From: Chiloscyllium plagiosum | Lineage: Eukaryota | Assembly: GCF_004010195.1 (NCBI RefSeq) | Contig: NC_057756.1 | Coordinates: forward strand, 7,320,275-7,384,274 | Length of the DNA stretch: 64,000 nt | Reading direction: 5' to 3' | Shown here: positions 25,905-38,224 of the stretch, one piece after another | Position numbering within the stretch: the stretch's first letter is position 1 | Layout: every line of letters starts with the position of its first letter | The notes under the pieces: generated by a model | The model's database searches: none | What the model saw: only the letters and a program-made list of their open reading frames with translations | What the model was told of the DNA's origin: nothing | Program-made: the position numbers and the translations under genes

Positions 25905-26300
25905 TGGATGTAAGTTTGCTGCTGAGCTGGAAGGTTGATTTTCAGACGTATCATTGGTGAAGTGCTGGTGTTTTGTACTGCTTCCTATTTATGTTTATTG
26001 GTTCCCTTGGGTTGGTGATGCCATTTCCTGTGTTGGTGATGTGTTCTCCTGTTTCTTTTCTCAAAGGGTGGTAGATGGGGTCCAAATCGACATGTTTGTT
26101 GATAGAGTTTCTATTGGAATTCCATGCTTCTTCGTATTCTCGGCAATGTGTCTGTTTGGCTTGTCCAGTAAAAGTGATGTCCTTCCTCCTCTGAATGTAA
26201 GGATGCTAGTGATAGTGGGTCATGTCTTTTTGTGGCTAGTTGATGTTTATTATTCCTGGTGGATAGTTTTCTGCCTGTTTTTCCAATGTAGTGTTTGTCC
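25905..26300 (-). mobile_element. Penelope-like element GIY-YIG fragment
   Basis: ORF 26111..26302 reads DKHYIGKTGRKLSTRNNKHQLATKRHDPLSLASLHSEEEGHHF. Confidence 0.78.
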
Positions 26301-26701
26301 ACATCTTCTCAAAACTCACTAGTATGACGAGGAAGGAGGAAGTGGGGATTGAGTTGGATGATCAGCAATATTGGATGTTGCACATTGGAACAGACAGGAG
26401 GGACTGAATCACCTATTCCTACTCCTATTTTCAAAGTTTCCATATTTAGCATTCACTGTCATAATGGTCAGTCAGGGCTGTACAAAAGCAATCCTGCCCC
26501 AGAGATGTGAAATAATATCTCTCAACAGGTTGATCCAAAAATATCAACACTGAATTTAATGATAGATTCAGTAAAATATTATATGTAATTTTGTCTTGAT
26601 ATTCAAAGTGGAAAAGTGACTATGTATTTAATACCACAGTTGTCTTTGTGACTGAGTGAGTTGTATCAAGCAATTACACGTGAGAGAATTGAGAGATGCA
26701 C

Positions 26702-26972
26702 CTGCAGAATGGAGCTGGTACCTGCTGCCGCTAACACCCTGCTCATTCTCGGTCGTGCATGTGATTAGCTTTTCGAATCCAATGAGATGAATCAGTGTTC
26801 GAGATGCCTGAAACAGGCCTGGCATAGACTCTAATATCTGAAGAGTTTCCGGTGATCTTTTTCCCACTGAGGGTCCATGTGATGTTTACTAGGGGATTGG
26901 CTCTGGATCTGCAGGTTCAACTGAGTCATTCTTGTAACTGGTACAGATTGGACCAATACTATTCCGTGTTTC
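26702..26972 (-). pseudogene. Siglec-like C2 Ig exon copy B2 (frameshifted)
   Basis: AG/GT-bounded, 271 bp, sharing deletions with 9476..9747. Reads LITCTTENEQGVSGSRYQLHS. Confidence 0.82.
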
Positions 26973-28741
26973 CTTGCAAAATGAAGCAACAGTGATCGAA
27001 TGTTGAGCCTATTAACCATGCAATCAGAATATATATATATTGAAGTGCTCTTTTCAATTGACTAATTACAGGTGATAAAGAAATTCAAGTATGAAATACT
27101 TACAATAAAGGAAGAAAGCCTTTGGGCCACGAAGTCTGCACAAACCCTCTGAAAAGCATGCCACCCAGTCCCATCCCCTCACCTGCTCCCATACCTCACA
27201 TTTCCTCTGCCTAATCCACTGAGCACGCGCATCCCTGAACGTAAAAGAACAACTTAGCATGGTCAATCCCCCTAATCAGCACATCTCCAGGAGAAAATTG
27301 GAGCACCTAGCCGAAACCCATGTAGATATGGGGAGAATTTGAAAACTGCACGTAGTCACCCAAGGCTGGAAACAAACCCAAGTGTTGGTGCTGTGGGGCA
27401 GCAATGCCAACCACTGAACCACTTGTTTATTGAGGTTACTGAAGTTAAGTATCAAACATAATTTTAGATCCTTGTTGATCATTTGAATTTGACAAAGTTA
27501 AAAGCACACAATATTCCAACAGTCAAACAGGTCAAAATAAACTTGTTGGACTATAACCTAGTGTTGTGTGATATTTAACTTTGTCCACCTCAGTCCAACA
27601 CAGGTACCTCCCAGTCATCCCAGCACTAGATTATGTTCCTTGCTTACTCGATGCAGAACACGATATTTAGATCATTTTCTGATGCCAGTGGAAAAGTTAT
27701 TAACTATGGAAGGGAACAACATTCGATTCTCAGAATCTCTGCTGGTATTCAGCCAGGTCGTCCTTTTTAGCACGTTAATGTTATTCTGTGATGACATAAT
27801 TGGTTATATTTACTTTACAATGTAATTGATTCTGTCAATCTCAGTTTTGAGCTGTTTCCTTTTTCAGTTGAATGGTTGCTTCACTGAAATGAAAGACTGA
27901 AGCTGTTAGCTGCCAGAATGGTTGAGTCAAGGCTCGAAACAGCTGAGACCTCTGTGGCATGCATGTTTGTCAATGCTCAGTGTTGGGACATTGTTTCCCA
28001 ACTCATGACTTCCTGAATCGTGAAGGACAGCAGTGGCAGATACATGGGCATACCACACACTACAGGTTCCGCTGGATGGCACGCATCGTTCAGACATGGA
28101 AGGAGTTCGTTGCTGATGCAAAGGTGCTGGGTCAAAGTGTTGACAACCCTTCCCTACCCTCACTGTGGGTGCTACACACTCCAGGAACATCTAGGGTTCA
28201 GGAAAGCAGATTGTTCTCTCTTTTGACAGGGACATTACAAATATCCAATAAATATTGTGCCAGTTAGCAATAACCAGATGAGGTGATGAAGGCTGACGCA
28301 ATTACAACATGGAAAAAAACATATTAAAGAGTATATGAATAGGGAGAGTTTCGAGGGATATGGGTCAACTGCTGCCAAAAAGGGCCTAACTCAGTTTGGA
28401 GTGTCTGGATGACGCAGCTAAGTTTGACTAAAGGATCCTTTTCTGTGCTGTATAACTATAATTTCTGCAATCTAACGCTCGCCGGGATTGACCTATTATC
28501 AGGTCACTAACGCTATAAGCATTCTCTTTCGTGTTTTCCTATGAAGTTTAACAGCTGAATAATTCAAATGCAGCAAAGACTTAATATCGCAGTACTAATC
28601 TATTTTCCCAATCAAATCGGAAATAACAATAATGCAACATTAATATTCGCTTGGGAATTCGAAAGACTATATAAACGTTTTTGAACACAGTAATAATGTG
28701 TTTTGGCTTCATCACCCAGGGACAGAAGCTGCATTCGGAAA

Positions 28742-28808
28742 ATGCAGCATTTGTTTACCACTGTTGATAAAGTATATTACATCTCTATTGCTGTTATTGC
28801 TGTCCCTG
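28742..28808 (+). pseudogene. Orphan GPCR exon 1 duplicate
   Basis: MQHLFTTVDKVYYISIAVIAVP followed by G|GTAAG. No matching exon 2 was found downstream in this window. Confidence 0.8.
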
Positions 28809-29962
28809 GTAAGTTTTTCTTAAACTTATTCAAAAGAAGTGGGCATCGCTGGATAGGCCAGTACTTATGGCAAAGAGGGAAAGTTTAAGAGTCAGCTACA
28901 TTACTCTGGGTCTGCAGTCAAATTCAGACTGACCAGGTAAGAGTGGCAGTTTCCTTCCCTCAAGGGACTTAGTGAACCAGATGATTTTCTTTTTGCATCA
29001 ATCAACAATGGATCACGGTCCATTAAACTCTACATTCCAGATTTTTGTTTTCATTGAATTTAAATCCCAGCATCTGGCATGTGTTTGAAAGGTGTGTCTC
29101 CAGTACATTACTGGAGTCTTTGAATAAATAGTCCAAGGAAAATGCCACTAGGCAATTGCCTGCTTTTAGCGGCATTTGTAAATTTGCATAATATCGTGCA
29201 GTGGAATACCATGCCACCACGCTTATATTTTTCTCGAAACATTTGCCTTTGTACAATGGGGTTCACTGTGGATCAGTTGGCACTACCAGAATCAAATATG
29301 CATTGCCAAGATTGTTGTAAGTTTTGACTTGTCATACTGTAGTTGTTTAAATTGAGTTGAGGAAATGCAAGGAAGCCTTTTCTTGTTTAACAAATCGAAT
29401 CCCCGTTTATGTTTGTTGAACAATTTAGGTTTTTCATTCAAAGAATACTTTAGAGGAAGAAGCAGTGGTATGACCTAATCGGAAGAAGTTACACGAAAGC
29501 AGTGAAAACCATTCATTAACTTATCACCAGTACAAAGTGTGTATATCCAATCTTCACCATAACCCATGATTCGAAATATAGTTTCAAGAAAGTTTCATAA
29601 TGTGTGGTTATAAATGTGGAAAGGAAGATCATGGCAGGATTTGTGTATTTAATAGTATCGTCCTGGAGAGTGTTGCCAAACAAAGAGACCTTGGGATGCA
29701 ATTTTATATTTCATTGAAAGCGTGTTGTTCAGATAGGATAGTGAAAGAGGCGTTGGGTGCACGCGTCCTAATAGGTCAGTGCATTGAGAAAATGATTGAG
29801 AGGTCATGTTGCAGCTATATACAACATTGGCTACATCGCTTTTGGAATACTATTTGTAATTCTGGTCTCATTGCTCTTGGAAAGATGTTGTCAAACTTGG
29901 AACAATGCAAAAAATGAATTACAAGTGTGTAGTCGGTGTTGGACAGATTAAGTTATATTCAA

Positions 29963-30145
29963 GAGTGTGGTGCTGGAAAAGCAGAGCAGGTCTGGCAACA
30001 TCCGAGGAGCAAGAGTTTTTGGGCAAAAACCCTTCATCAGGTCGACTCTCCTGCTCCTCGGATTCTGCCTGACCTGCTCTGCTTTTCCAGCACCACACTC
30101 ACGACTCGAAACTGCAGCATCTGCAGTACTCACTTTCGCCTTCTT
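29963..30145. mobile_element. Inverted (hairpin) Penelope terminal-repeat insertion within a CR1 fragment
   Basis: Arms ~29963-30015 and ~30048-30100 are reverse complements. Flanked by agttatat at 29951 and 30148. Confidence 0.75.
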
Positions 30146-31498
30146 GGAGTTATATATGAATCTGAATAGGTGTGGTTATTTTCCCTGGACTGTCACAGTC
30201 TGAGCGCCACGGATAGGGTGAATATTCAATGCATTTTCCCCAGGTGACAGAAATCCAAAGCTAGGAGCATTCGTTTATGGTAAGGGGGAAAGATTTTAAA
30301 GAGACCCAAGGGTAAACTTTTTCATGCAGAGTGTGGTGCGTATATGGCAAGGGTTACCAGAGGAATTGATGGAGGCTGGCACAATTAAAACATTTAAAAG
30401 ACATTTGGATGTGTGCATTTTTAGGAAGGTTTAATGTGATTTGGGACAAATTCTGGCATGTCGGACCAGAGTAATTTAGGATATCTGTTCAGCATGGGGA
30501 AGTTGGCTGGAAAGGTCTGTTTACGTGCTATACATCTTTGTGACCCTAAGTGACTGAAAGTGATTGTTAGGCGTGTGGAGTGTAAAATAGACAATTGTTT
30601 GTATACAACGAGATTTATTCCCGTTGTGGTCTGAACTGTGGGTGGGGGGAATTGGAGCTGCTGTTTGGAGGGGTAATTAGGCAGGCTGAGAGTGTGGGTG
30701 CCATGCCCTTACTCCAGATGGCGAGAAATTTTGACTTGGAGAGTACGAGACCACCTGGGTGAGGGGATAAAGATCGACAGGACAGATATGGTGTGTGTGG
30801 AGATACAGAGAAAGGATGGAGAGTTGGCCTGTAGGGCAGAGTGTGAGCCACAAAGTGGGAACATCATGTAGAAAATATATGAAATGAGGTTTTTCTATAG
30901 AAAATCGCGAGGTGGTGTAGCCTCTCTCGTTATCTCCTCCTGGGTTCTTCTTCTCACTTCTTCACTTATACTGGTGTTGCCCATCCCATTCTGTCTCCTT
31001 CTGTCCATATGTCAGTCATTGAATGGAACAGAACCCCTACGGTGTGGAAAGAGGCCATTCAGCCCAACAAGTCCACACCTACTGAGTCCGCCACGCTATT
31101 CCTGTAACTTTGCATTTTCCATGGCTAACCTACCTAACTTATACATCTTTGGACTGTAGGAGGAAACCAGGACACCCGGAGGGAGCTCATGTAGGCGCAG
31201 GGAGAATGTGCAAACTCCGCACAGGGAGTCGCCCAATCAAAAGTGTGTTGTGAGGCTGCAAAGCTAAACATTGAGCCACCGTGTCCTTTGCACTGTCCAT
31301 GCCTCTGTCTGAACCACTCCCTCTCTTGGTCGTCTTTCTGGCTATATTAAAATGGGATAAATATTTATAACAAATAGAATCGTACGCCCTCTTCATGATG
31401 AAGAGTGAATATTGTTGGGGTTCTGAGCTGTGGTCAGTCAGATAAATTTTCATTTGGGATTTGTACATTAGACACACGTGTCATGGCTTCTCAAATAG

Positions 31499-31806
31499 AT
31501 TAGATTACTTACAGTGTGGAAACAGGCCCTTCGGCCCAACAAGTCCACACCGACCCGCCGAAGCGCAACCCACCCATACCCCTACATTTACCCCTTACCT
31601 AACACTACGGGCAATTTAGCATGGCCAATTCACCTGACCTGCACATCTTTGGACTGTGGGAGGAAACCGGAGCACCCGGAGGAAACCCACACAGACACGG
31701 GGAGAACGTGCAAACTCCACACAGTCAGTCGCCTGAGGCGGGAATTGAACCCGGGTCTCTGGCGCTGTGAGGCAGCAGTGCTAACCACTGTGCCACCGTG
31801 CCGCCC
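31499..31806 (-). mobile_element. Young full-length HE1-type tRNA-derived V-SINE
   Basis: Starts gggcggcacggTGGCACAGTGGttagc (A box)...GGTTCAATTCC (B box) and ends in an (aatct)n tail. CpG-rich. TSD caaatag at 31492 and 31808. Empty sites in copies A and B. Confidence 0.92.
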
Positions 31807-32287
31807 ACAAATAGTGGGGCTCGATGATCAAACCAAACTGAGTTGGGCAAAATGTTAGATATGAAATCCACATCGGAAGTCTAACCTGTTTGTAAATGCT
31901 TTGAAGTGCTGCAGTGTGTCGCAGACTGGAGTCAAAGCAATAGAGCAGCATTTACACGTTTTGTGAGGTTGAACTGGAACTATTGTAACACACGTTGGCA
32001 GAGGCTAATTAGTTAAATAAATCTTGTTATTATGGGCATGTGAAGGATACACCGATCCTTGGGCCATTTTTTAAGTTGGTGACATAGAAGACGTCTGTGA
32101 CTCATTTCCCAGAGCAATGGCTCAGTGAGTGACCCCCAAGCTGTGGTCTGATGTGGACAATCGCTGATGTATAATTGCCATCGAATGGGCAACGCTCGTT
32201 GGGTTTTCCACTGAGTTCTTCAGAACTGAATCCAAAATGATGTGACAGCTTTTACTGACTTGGTTTAAGATCTACATTCTCACTTAC

Positions 32288-32357
32288 CTCTGTGTTCAAT
32301 GGATGGTGTGTCAAATTGGCTGCAGAAGCAATAACAACTGTGTCTCTTTTCTTCTTC
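32288..32357 (-). CDS. Siglec-like cytoplasmic exon (copy C), splice sites intact
   Basis: tttttgtcatttttcag|G AAG AAG AAA AGA GAC...ACA GAG|GTAAGT, reading KKKRDTVVIASAANLTHHPLNTE. Its phase-2 start fits the upstream exons. Confidence 0.6.
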
Positions 32358-32447
32358 CTGAAAAATGACAAAAATTGTTAAAGATTTTCAGAAAGATGCT
32401 TTTAAAAAAGTAATATAATGTGCACAATAATCAATAGAAGTGAGTCC

Positions 32448-32505
32448 TTCAGAGGTTTGGCATTCTGTGTGCACCATCAGCTTTGTTAAGCCAGGAAAAC
32501 AAAAT
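32448..32505 (-). pseudogene. Siglec-like first cytoplasmic exon (copy C), donor mutated
   Basis: Paralog of 21825..21881 and 4191..4247. Acceptor AG is present and the donor reads GG. Confidence 0.5.
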
Positions 32506-32654
32506 CTTAAACATAATTATTCTAATTTTTTCTGTGGCTCAGAGAAGTAATGGATCAGCAATTGACCTGTGCTATGCCCACAAGCGGGCGTAATCTTTTA
32601 TCAATCCACTCTTGTGAGCAGTTAGGAACATAAATTGTTGTGGTCAAGTTATAT

Positions 32655-32985
32655 CATAGGATCCACACTGTGTAGAAACTGGCCATTCGACCAACAAAGT
32701 CCACACAGATACTCCAAAGACCTTCAGACCCACCCCTATCCCCTACACTACATTTCACGTGCCCAATGTCCCCAAACTGCACATTCTTGGACAGGATAGG
32801 CAATGTACTACGGCCAATGCATCTAACAACTTTGGGTGGTGGGTGGAAACATGAGCACCTGGTAGAAACCCACGCAGACCTGAGGTGAACGTCAAACTCC
32901 ACACAATCACCCAAGGTTGCAATCGAAACTGGATTCTGGGTGTTGTGAGACAGCAGTGCTAACTACTGAGCCGCCGTGCCACCCT
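32655..32985 (-). mobile_element. HE1-type V-SINE, older copy
   Basis: Homologous to 31499..31806. Absent in copies A and B. Confidence 0.8.
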
Positions 32986-33388
32986 ATCTGGCTGAGTCAC
33001 CCCCTCTGGGCTAGTGGATTCTACATTGAAGTCCCGCCTGTGCCTAGAGTTTAGGACAATGTACCTGAACAGATTGATTAATCTTGCAACCTGTACACCC
33101 AGAAATTTAATTCTTTATGGGGCTCCTATAATTGATCTTTGGAGCAGAAAGCTGGGGGCTCAAGTCCTCTCTGCTGAGAAGTATAACAATAGGTTGATGA
33201 GAAATATTGAGAAATAGCCACTCCCCTATTTAATTTCCTCCATTGTAATTCTCAACTCAGTTGCCATATGAGACTCTCAGAATAAAGCTTCTTAACTGAG
33301 ACTTCCACATATGCGGTCATCTGATGCAATCAACCCGAAGGGCAGACGATGATACCTGAGTTTATACATACCTGACAATAGCACATAC

Positions 33389-33473
33389 CTCAGCACTTTC
33401 ACTGCAATCAGAATCAAAGTGATAATGGCCAAAGCTGTTCCTACAATGATGACAACTATCCAGCGAAGCCTTC
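33389..33473 (-). CDS. Siglec-like transmembrane exon (copy C, intact, uncharged)
   Basis: ttttctgaatatacctag|GA AGG...CTG AG|GTATGT, reading GRLRWIVVIIVGTALAIITLILIAVKVL. Phase 1 to phase 2. Confidence 0.8.
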
Positions 33474-33884
33474 CTAGGTATATTCAGAAAAAAACAGTAC
33501 TGTAAAATTACAACTTAGTAATGGCATAACAATTACCTGAATGAAAGTATGCCTTCCTATATATTGACATAAAAATGTATAGTTAAAGTCACGCTGAAGA
33601 TGGACAAGAAATCCTGAGATTGTAGACAATACTTTGGAGATATACAATGTATTACTTTCCCAATTTCAATGATTTCCCATTGGAATCCTGGTAGAATGCA
33701 TATCTAAACCTTACATTTTGGATTGATATATAGTCTCAGTAATGCTGAGCTTGACAACCCACATACATTGAAGGAGAACAGAAACATTGAATTCACGGAA
33801 ATGGACCCGACAGTCGCAACTCCATCTTGCCAATATGTCACTTCAGATCCACAGTCACATGTCTACCTCACTTCACTTCTGAAA

Positions 33885-35440
33885 TTGGAGAAAGCGAGGA
33901 CTGCGGATGCTGGAAAGTCAGAGCCGAAAAGTGTCAAGCTGTAAAAGTACAGCAGGTCAGGTAACATTCAAGGAGCAAGAGAGTCGATATTTCGGTCCCT
34001 TCATTAGGAATATGAAGGAGAAGGTTGCAGAGAGACAAATAAGGGTGTGGCCTGGGGGGAAGGTAGGTGGGAAGGTGATAGGTAAATGCAGGTGGGAAGT
34101 AATTGTGATACGTTGGAGTGGCGGGTAGACTGGATAGGTAGGAAGGATGATGGGCAGTTAGGGCAGGTCAAGAGGACGGTGTTCCAAGAGGAGGATTGGA
34201 TCTGTAATAAGATGGGGAGAAGGGAGATTCGCACACTGGAGAAATCAATGTTGATGCCATGTGGAAGATGAGGCGTTCTTCCTCTATTTGGCATATGGCT
34301 TTGATTTGGTGATGGATGAGGCCCAAAACTTGCATGTACAGGGACAGGTCAACGGGGTTGTTTGCTGTGTGCATCCCTGATGTTAGCTGACCAACTCCAC
34401 GAGTTGACATTCTGTCTCTCCTATGTAGACGAGACTAGATCGAATGCAAGAGATGGAATGGATGAGATGGGTGTGCAGGAAAATCTCCACTGAGTTGAAA
34501 AGATCTTCAGGTCTTTGGGCAGAGGTATGGGGGGAGATGTGGGCGCAGGTTTTACACCTCTTGTGGTAGCAAGGGAAGGTGGCAGGTGTGGAGGATGGTT
34601 GGTGGACAGAGCCGTGGACCTATTGAGGGAGTCATGAAGGAATTGTCTCTGCAGAGTATAGATATTGGTGGGAAGGGAAAGATGTCTTTGGTGGTACAGT
34701 CTGAATGAAGATGGTGGAAATGGCAGAGGATAACACGCATTATCCAGAGATTTTTGGGTGGAAGATGAGCACCCAGGGTTTTCTAACTTATTGCACTTGG
34801 AGGGGTGGGGTTAAAGTGTGGAGGTGTGGGAAATGGAGGAGTTGAGCTCGTGGGAGAGGAAACTGTGGTACTTGAAGTAGGAGAACATATTGGATGTCCT
34901 GCAGTGGCATTGCTCCTCCTGGGAGGCTTAATGACAGAGGAGGAGGAATTGGGAGTAAGGGTTTGTGTTTTTTATTGAAGGCGGCATGGGAAGAGGTGTA
35001 GTCCAGGTAGCTGTGGGCATTGGTCCAATTGAAATAAATGTCCGTGGTGAGTTGGTCACCGGAGACTGAGATGAAGAGGTACGGAAAGGAGAGGCAGGTA
35101 TCGGAGATGGCCTGTGTGAACTAGCAGTCAGGTAGAAGGTGTTAATTTGATGAACTGTTCAACGTACTTGTGGGAGCATGAGGTGACGTGGATATAATCA
35201 TCAATGCAGCAGATGAAAAGATGGGGGATCTTGCCAGTGTAACTGCAGATGATGGACTGTTCCACATATCCTACGAAGAGGTAGGCATAGCTGAGGGCCC
35301 ATGTGGATTCTCATGGCTACCCCTCTGTTCTGGATGAGGTGGGAGGATTGGAAGGAGCCATTGTTGCTGGTGAAGGGCCAGTTCCACCAATCGAATGACT
35401 GTATCAGTGTAAGGGGACTGGTTGGGACTTTGCTTCCCAA
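33885..35440 (-). mobile_element. Penelope-like retroelement, degraded
   Basis: Contains QNRGVAMRIHMGP (RT), EEERLIFH and the family terminus. Absent in copies A and B. Confidence 0.8.
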
Positions 35441-36110
35441 GTAGACCAGTAGGGGTCGCTCCCTTCAGTTTAAGCAGTTAGATTCAGTTAGGCATGGGCG
35501 TAACAGCTGCTGATTATGAAGGGAGACTGGACTCTCTGGGAGTACAGTCACTGGACTTGAGAAGCACCTGATGATGGAAGGGGAGCGGATCTCATAAAAA
35601 TATTTAAAATTGTAACAGGGCAAGACAAGGCAAATGCAGGAGAGTCCAGAACCTGGTGAGGGTGGGGGTTCATCACTTAAGAGTACAACGTAGTCTACTT
35701 AGGCCTGAAATGAGGAGACATTTCCTCACCCAGAGAGTGGTGAGTCTGTGAAATTTCTGCAAGAGAAATGATTGAGGGCAAAGCTTTGCATGCTTTCAAG
35801 AAGGGGTTGGATATTGCTCTTAGGGCTTAAGGGATCAACTGATATTGGTAGCATGTCCGAGGGGACTGAGTAACCTCTCTCTCAGCGGATAGGCATTCTT
35901 TGGAACACCCTTCCCAGCGGGCAGTTGGCGTGGGCCAACGAATAAATTAAAAGATTTGGTATGCTTTTGCTCAATAAAAGAGACACAGTTGAGGGAATAG
36001 ACAGGCACAATTGTGCAATTCAGTCCAGAACCAGAATGAATGTGGTCTTATTAAATGGTGCGGGAGGGTCGATGGGCCAATTGGCCTACTCCTGCTTGCA
36101 TTCATTAAAC

Positions 36111-36158
36111 CAACTGAATGACAGCCAGTAACATGTTCTGTAACATTGAGAGGAGATT
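36111..36158 (-). other. Possible 48-bp stalk exon of the Siglec-like gene
   Basis: ttctctttgatgtcag|AA TCT CCT...GTT G|GTTTAA, reading ESPLNVTEHVTGCHSV. Phase 1-1 with a weak donor. Decayed paralog at ~8145-8195. Confidence 0.35.
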
Positions 36159-36780
36159 CTGACATCAAAGAGAACCAAGCTAATATTATTATCCTGGTCA
36201 TTTCAATTTTAGTGTTCTCCCACTTCATATAAATTCATTTTGACGACAACTAGTAAACGTTACAAGTAACACAGCCACATGTTCAGAGAAAACATTAAAC
36301 TGGGTATGTTATATATCTTTTGTATCTTCAGAAAGAAGATGAGGCCAAAACATTGAATGATTTTTTTTCCTGAAGGAGACAGACATAGTTCTTCTGGTAA
36401 AAGGGATCAGAGAGTATCAGGAGAAAGCGGGAACAAGGGACTGAGTTGGATGGTCAGCAGTTATCATATTGCATGTTTGAATAGACTGGAGCGGTGAAAT
36501 TGTCTATTCCTCTACGTTTCTTTGTTTGGCATTCACTATCATAGTGGTCAGTCGGGGCTGGACATAGGCATATCTGCCCCAGAGGTGTGAATAACATCTC
36601 TCAACAGATTGATTAGAAAATAGAATCACTGAATTTGATCGTGGATTCAATAAAGCATTATGCATAATTTTAGTTTGCTGTGCTTAGTGGAAAAGAGACT
36701 ACGGAATTAATATTATAGTTTACTTCATGAAGGAGTAAGCTGTCTCTAAGAATTACATGTAAGAACGTTCAGAGATGTAC

Positions 36781-37067
36781 CTGTTGAATGGAGATGGTAC
36801 CAGCTGACACTTACACCCTGCTCATTCTCTGCCATGCATGAGACTAGCTTTCCGAATCAGTTAGGTGAATCAGTGTCAGGGAGCTCTGAAATAGGCCATG
36901 ATTAACTGTCCAGGAATGGATTGTAATATCTGAAGAGTTTCTGGTGATCTCTCTCCCACTGATGGTCCATGTGATGTTTACTGGGGGATTGGCTCTGACT
37001 CTACAGGTACAAGTGAGGCCAATCTTGACATCAGTGCAGGTCGGACCAGATACTATTATAGGTGTTC
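36781..37067 (-). pseudogene. Siglec-like C2 Ig exon copy C (1-bp deletion)
   Basis: TPIIVSGPTCTDVKIGLTCTCRVRANPPVNITW...SSLTLIHL. 287 bp and AG/GT-bounded, with a single frameshift near GAA AGC TAG. Confidence 0.88.
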
Positions 37068-37189
37068 CTATTAATGGGAAGAACAGTTTCAAATGATAAG
37101 CCTTTTAATCGTACAGTTGTAACATTTACATTGAAGAGCTCTTTTTACTGACGAACTACAGAAGATGGTGGAATTAAATTATGGAATAC

Positions 37190-37505
37190 TGACAGTGCAG
37201 AAAGAGGCCATTTGGCACATCAAGTCTGCACCAACTCTCCAAAAGCCATTCCACATAGTCCCATCCCCTCACTCTCTCCCATGGTTAACCCACTTAGCCT
37301 GCACGTGTCTGAACATGACAGAGCAATTAAGCATGGCAAATCCACTTAGTATACACATCTTCAGCAAGAATCTCAAGCAGCCAAAGGAAACTCACACAGA
37401 CATGAGGAAAATGTGCATACTTCGCACAGCAACCCAAGATTGGAATCAAACTCAGGTCTTTGGCACTGAGAGGCAACAGTGCCAACCACTGAAACTGTGC
37501 CAACT
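37190..37505 (-). mobile_element. HE1-type V-SINE, degraded
   Basis: Same position and family as the 9870 and ~27100 copies. Confidence 0.65.
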
Positions 37506-38224
37506 TATTCATTGATAGCAATTTACTTATCAAGTTTGTTCAAGTGAAATGTCCCGGATAATTTCAGATCCTTGTAGATCAGTCGAATTTCAGGGGGGCA
37601 TCAGAAGCATAAGTTTACGTTGCCAGCTAACCTGGCACAGAACATTATGTTTAAATCAGTTTCTCAGCCAACGGAAGAATCAGACAACGGAAGGAAGAAC
37701 CATTTCTCCCTTAGAAACTCTACTGGTATTCAGACTGTGATGCCTGTTCAGCATTTGAACGTTGCATCATTGGCATCATTGGCATTCTAACTTCAAAGCA
37801 GAATTGTATTTGGGCAATCACAGTTTTGAGTTGCTCCCTTTTTCAGTTGAGCTCTTACTTCACTGAAATGAAAAAGTGAATCCTGGCATGCTTGAGTCAA
37901 GTGGAGAGCAGATGCCTAGACACTGTATACGGGTGTCATATAGTAAGTGACTGCAAATTGGTGAGAACCACGTGAAATGCAAGTTTGACATTGAATGAAT
38001 AGCATAAATATAATGTTGTACTTACATTGGCCATGCAGCACGGTGACCTTTGTGGCATTTTGTTTCATTTTCAAGGGAAAAAAAAATTGTTATGTACACA
38101 TTTTATGAGTAAAGTGCACCTTTGGAAAATGATATCAGTCTCAGCAGAAAGAATATTTGCAATGATAGAGTTAGTTGTCTGAGTAATGGAGTAACTATCT
38201 GCAGCAATTAAATTTCAGGGCATG

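Larger units (their letters stand above)
20020..30590. repeat. Segmental duplication copy B
   Basis: Collinear with copy A. It ends in the GPCR intron and has no exon 2. Confidence 0.9.
30605..37915. repeat. Segmental duplication copy C (more diverged, single Ig-TM cassette)
   Basis: 30605 matches ~1617, 31330-33890 matches ~3390-5480, and 35450-37915 matches ~7500-10775. Confidence 0.85.

Noticed and set aside
31730..31806. tRNA gene
   Set aside because: The A and B boxes belong to the tRNA-derived head of an HE1 SINE with body, tail and TSD.
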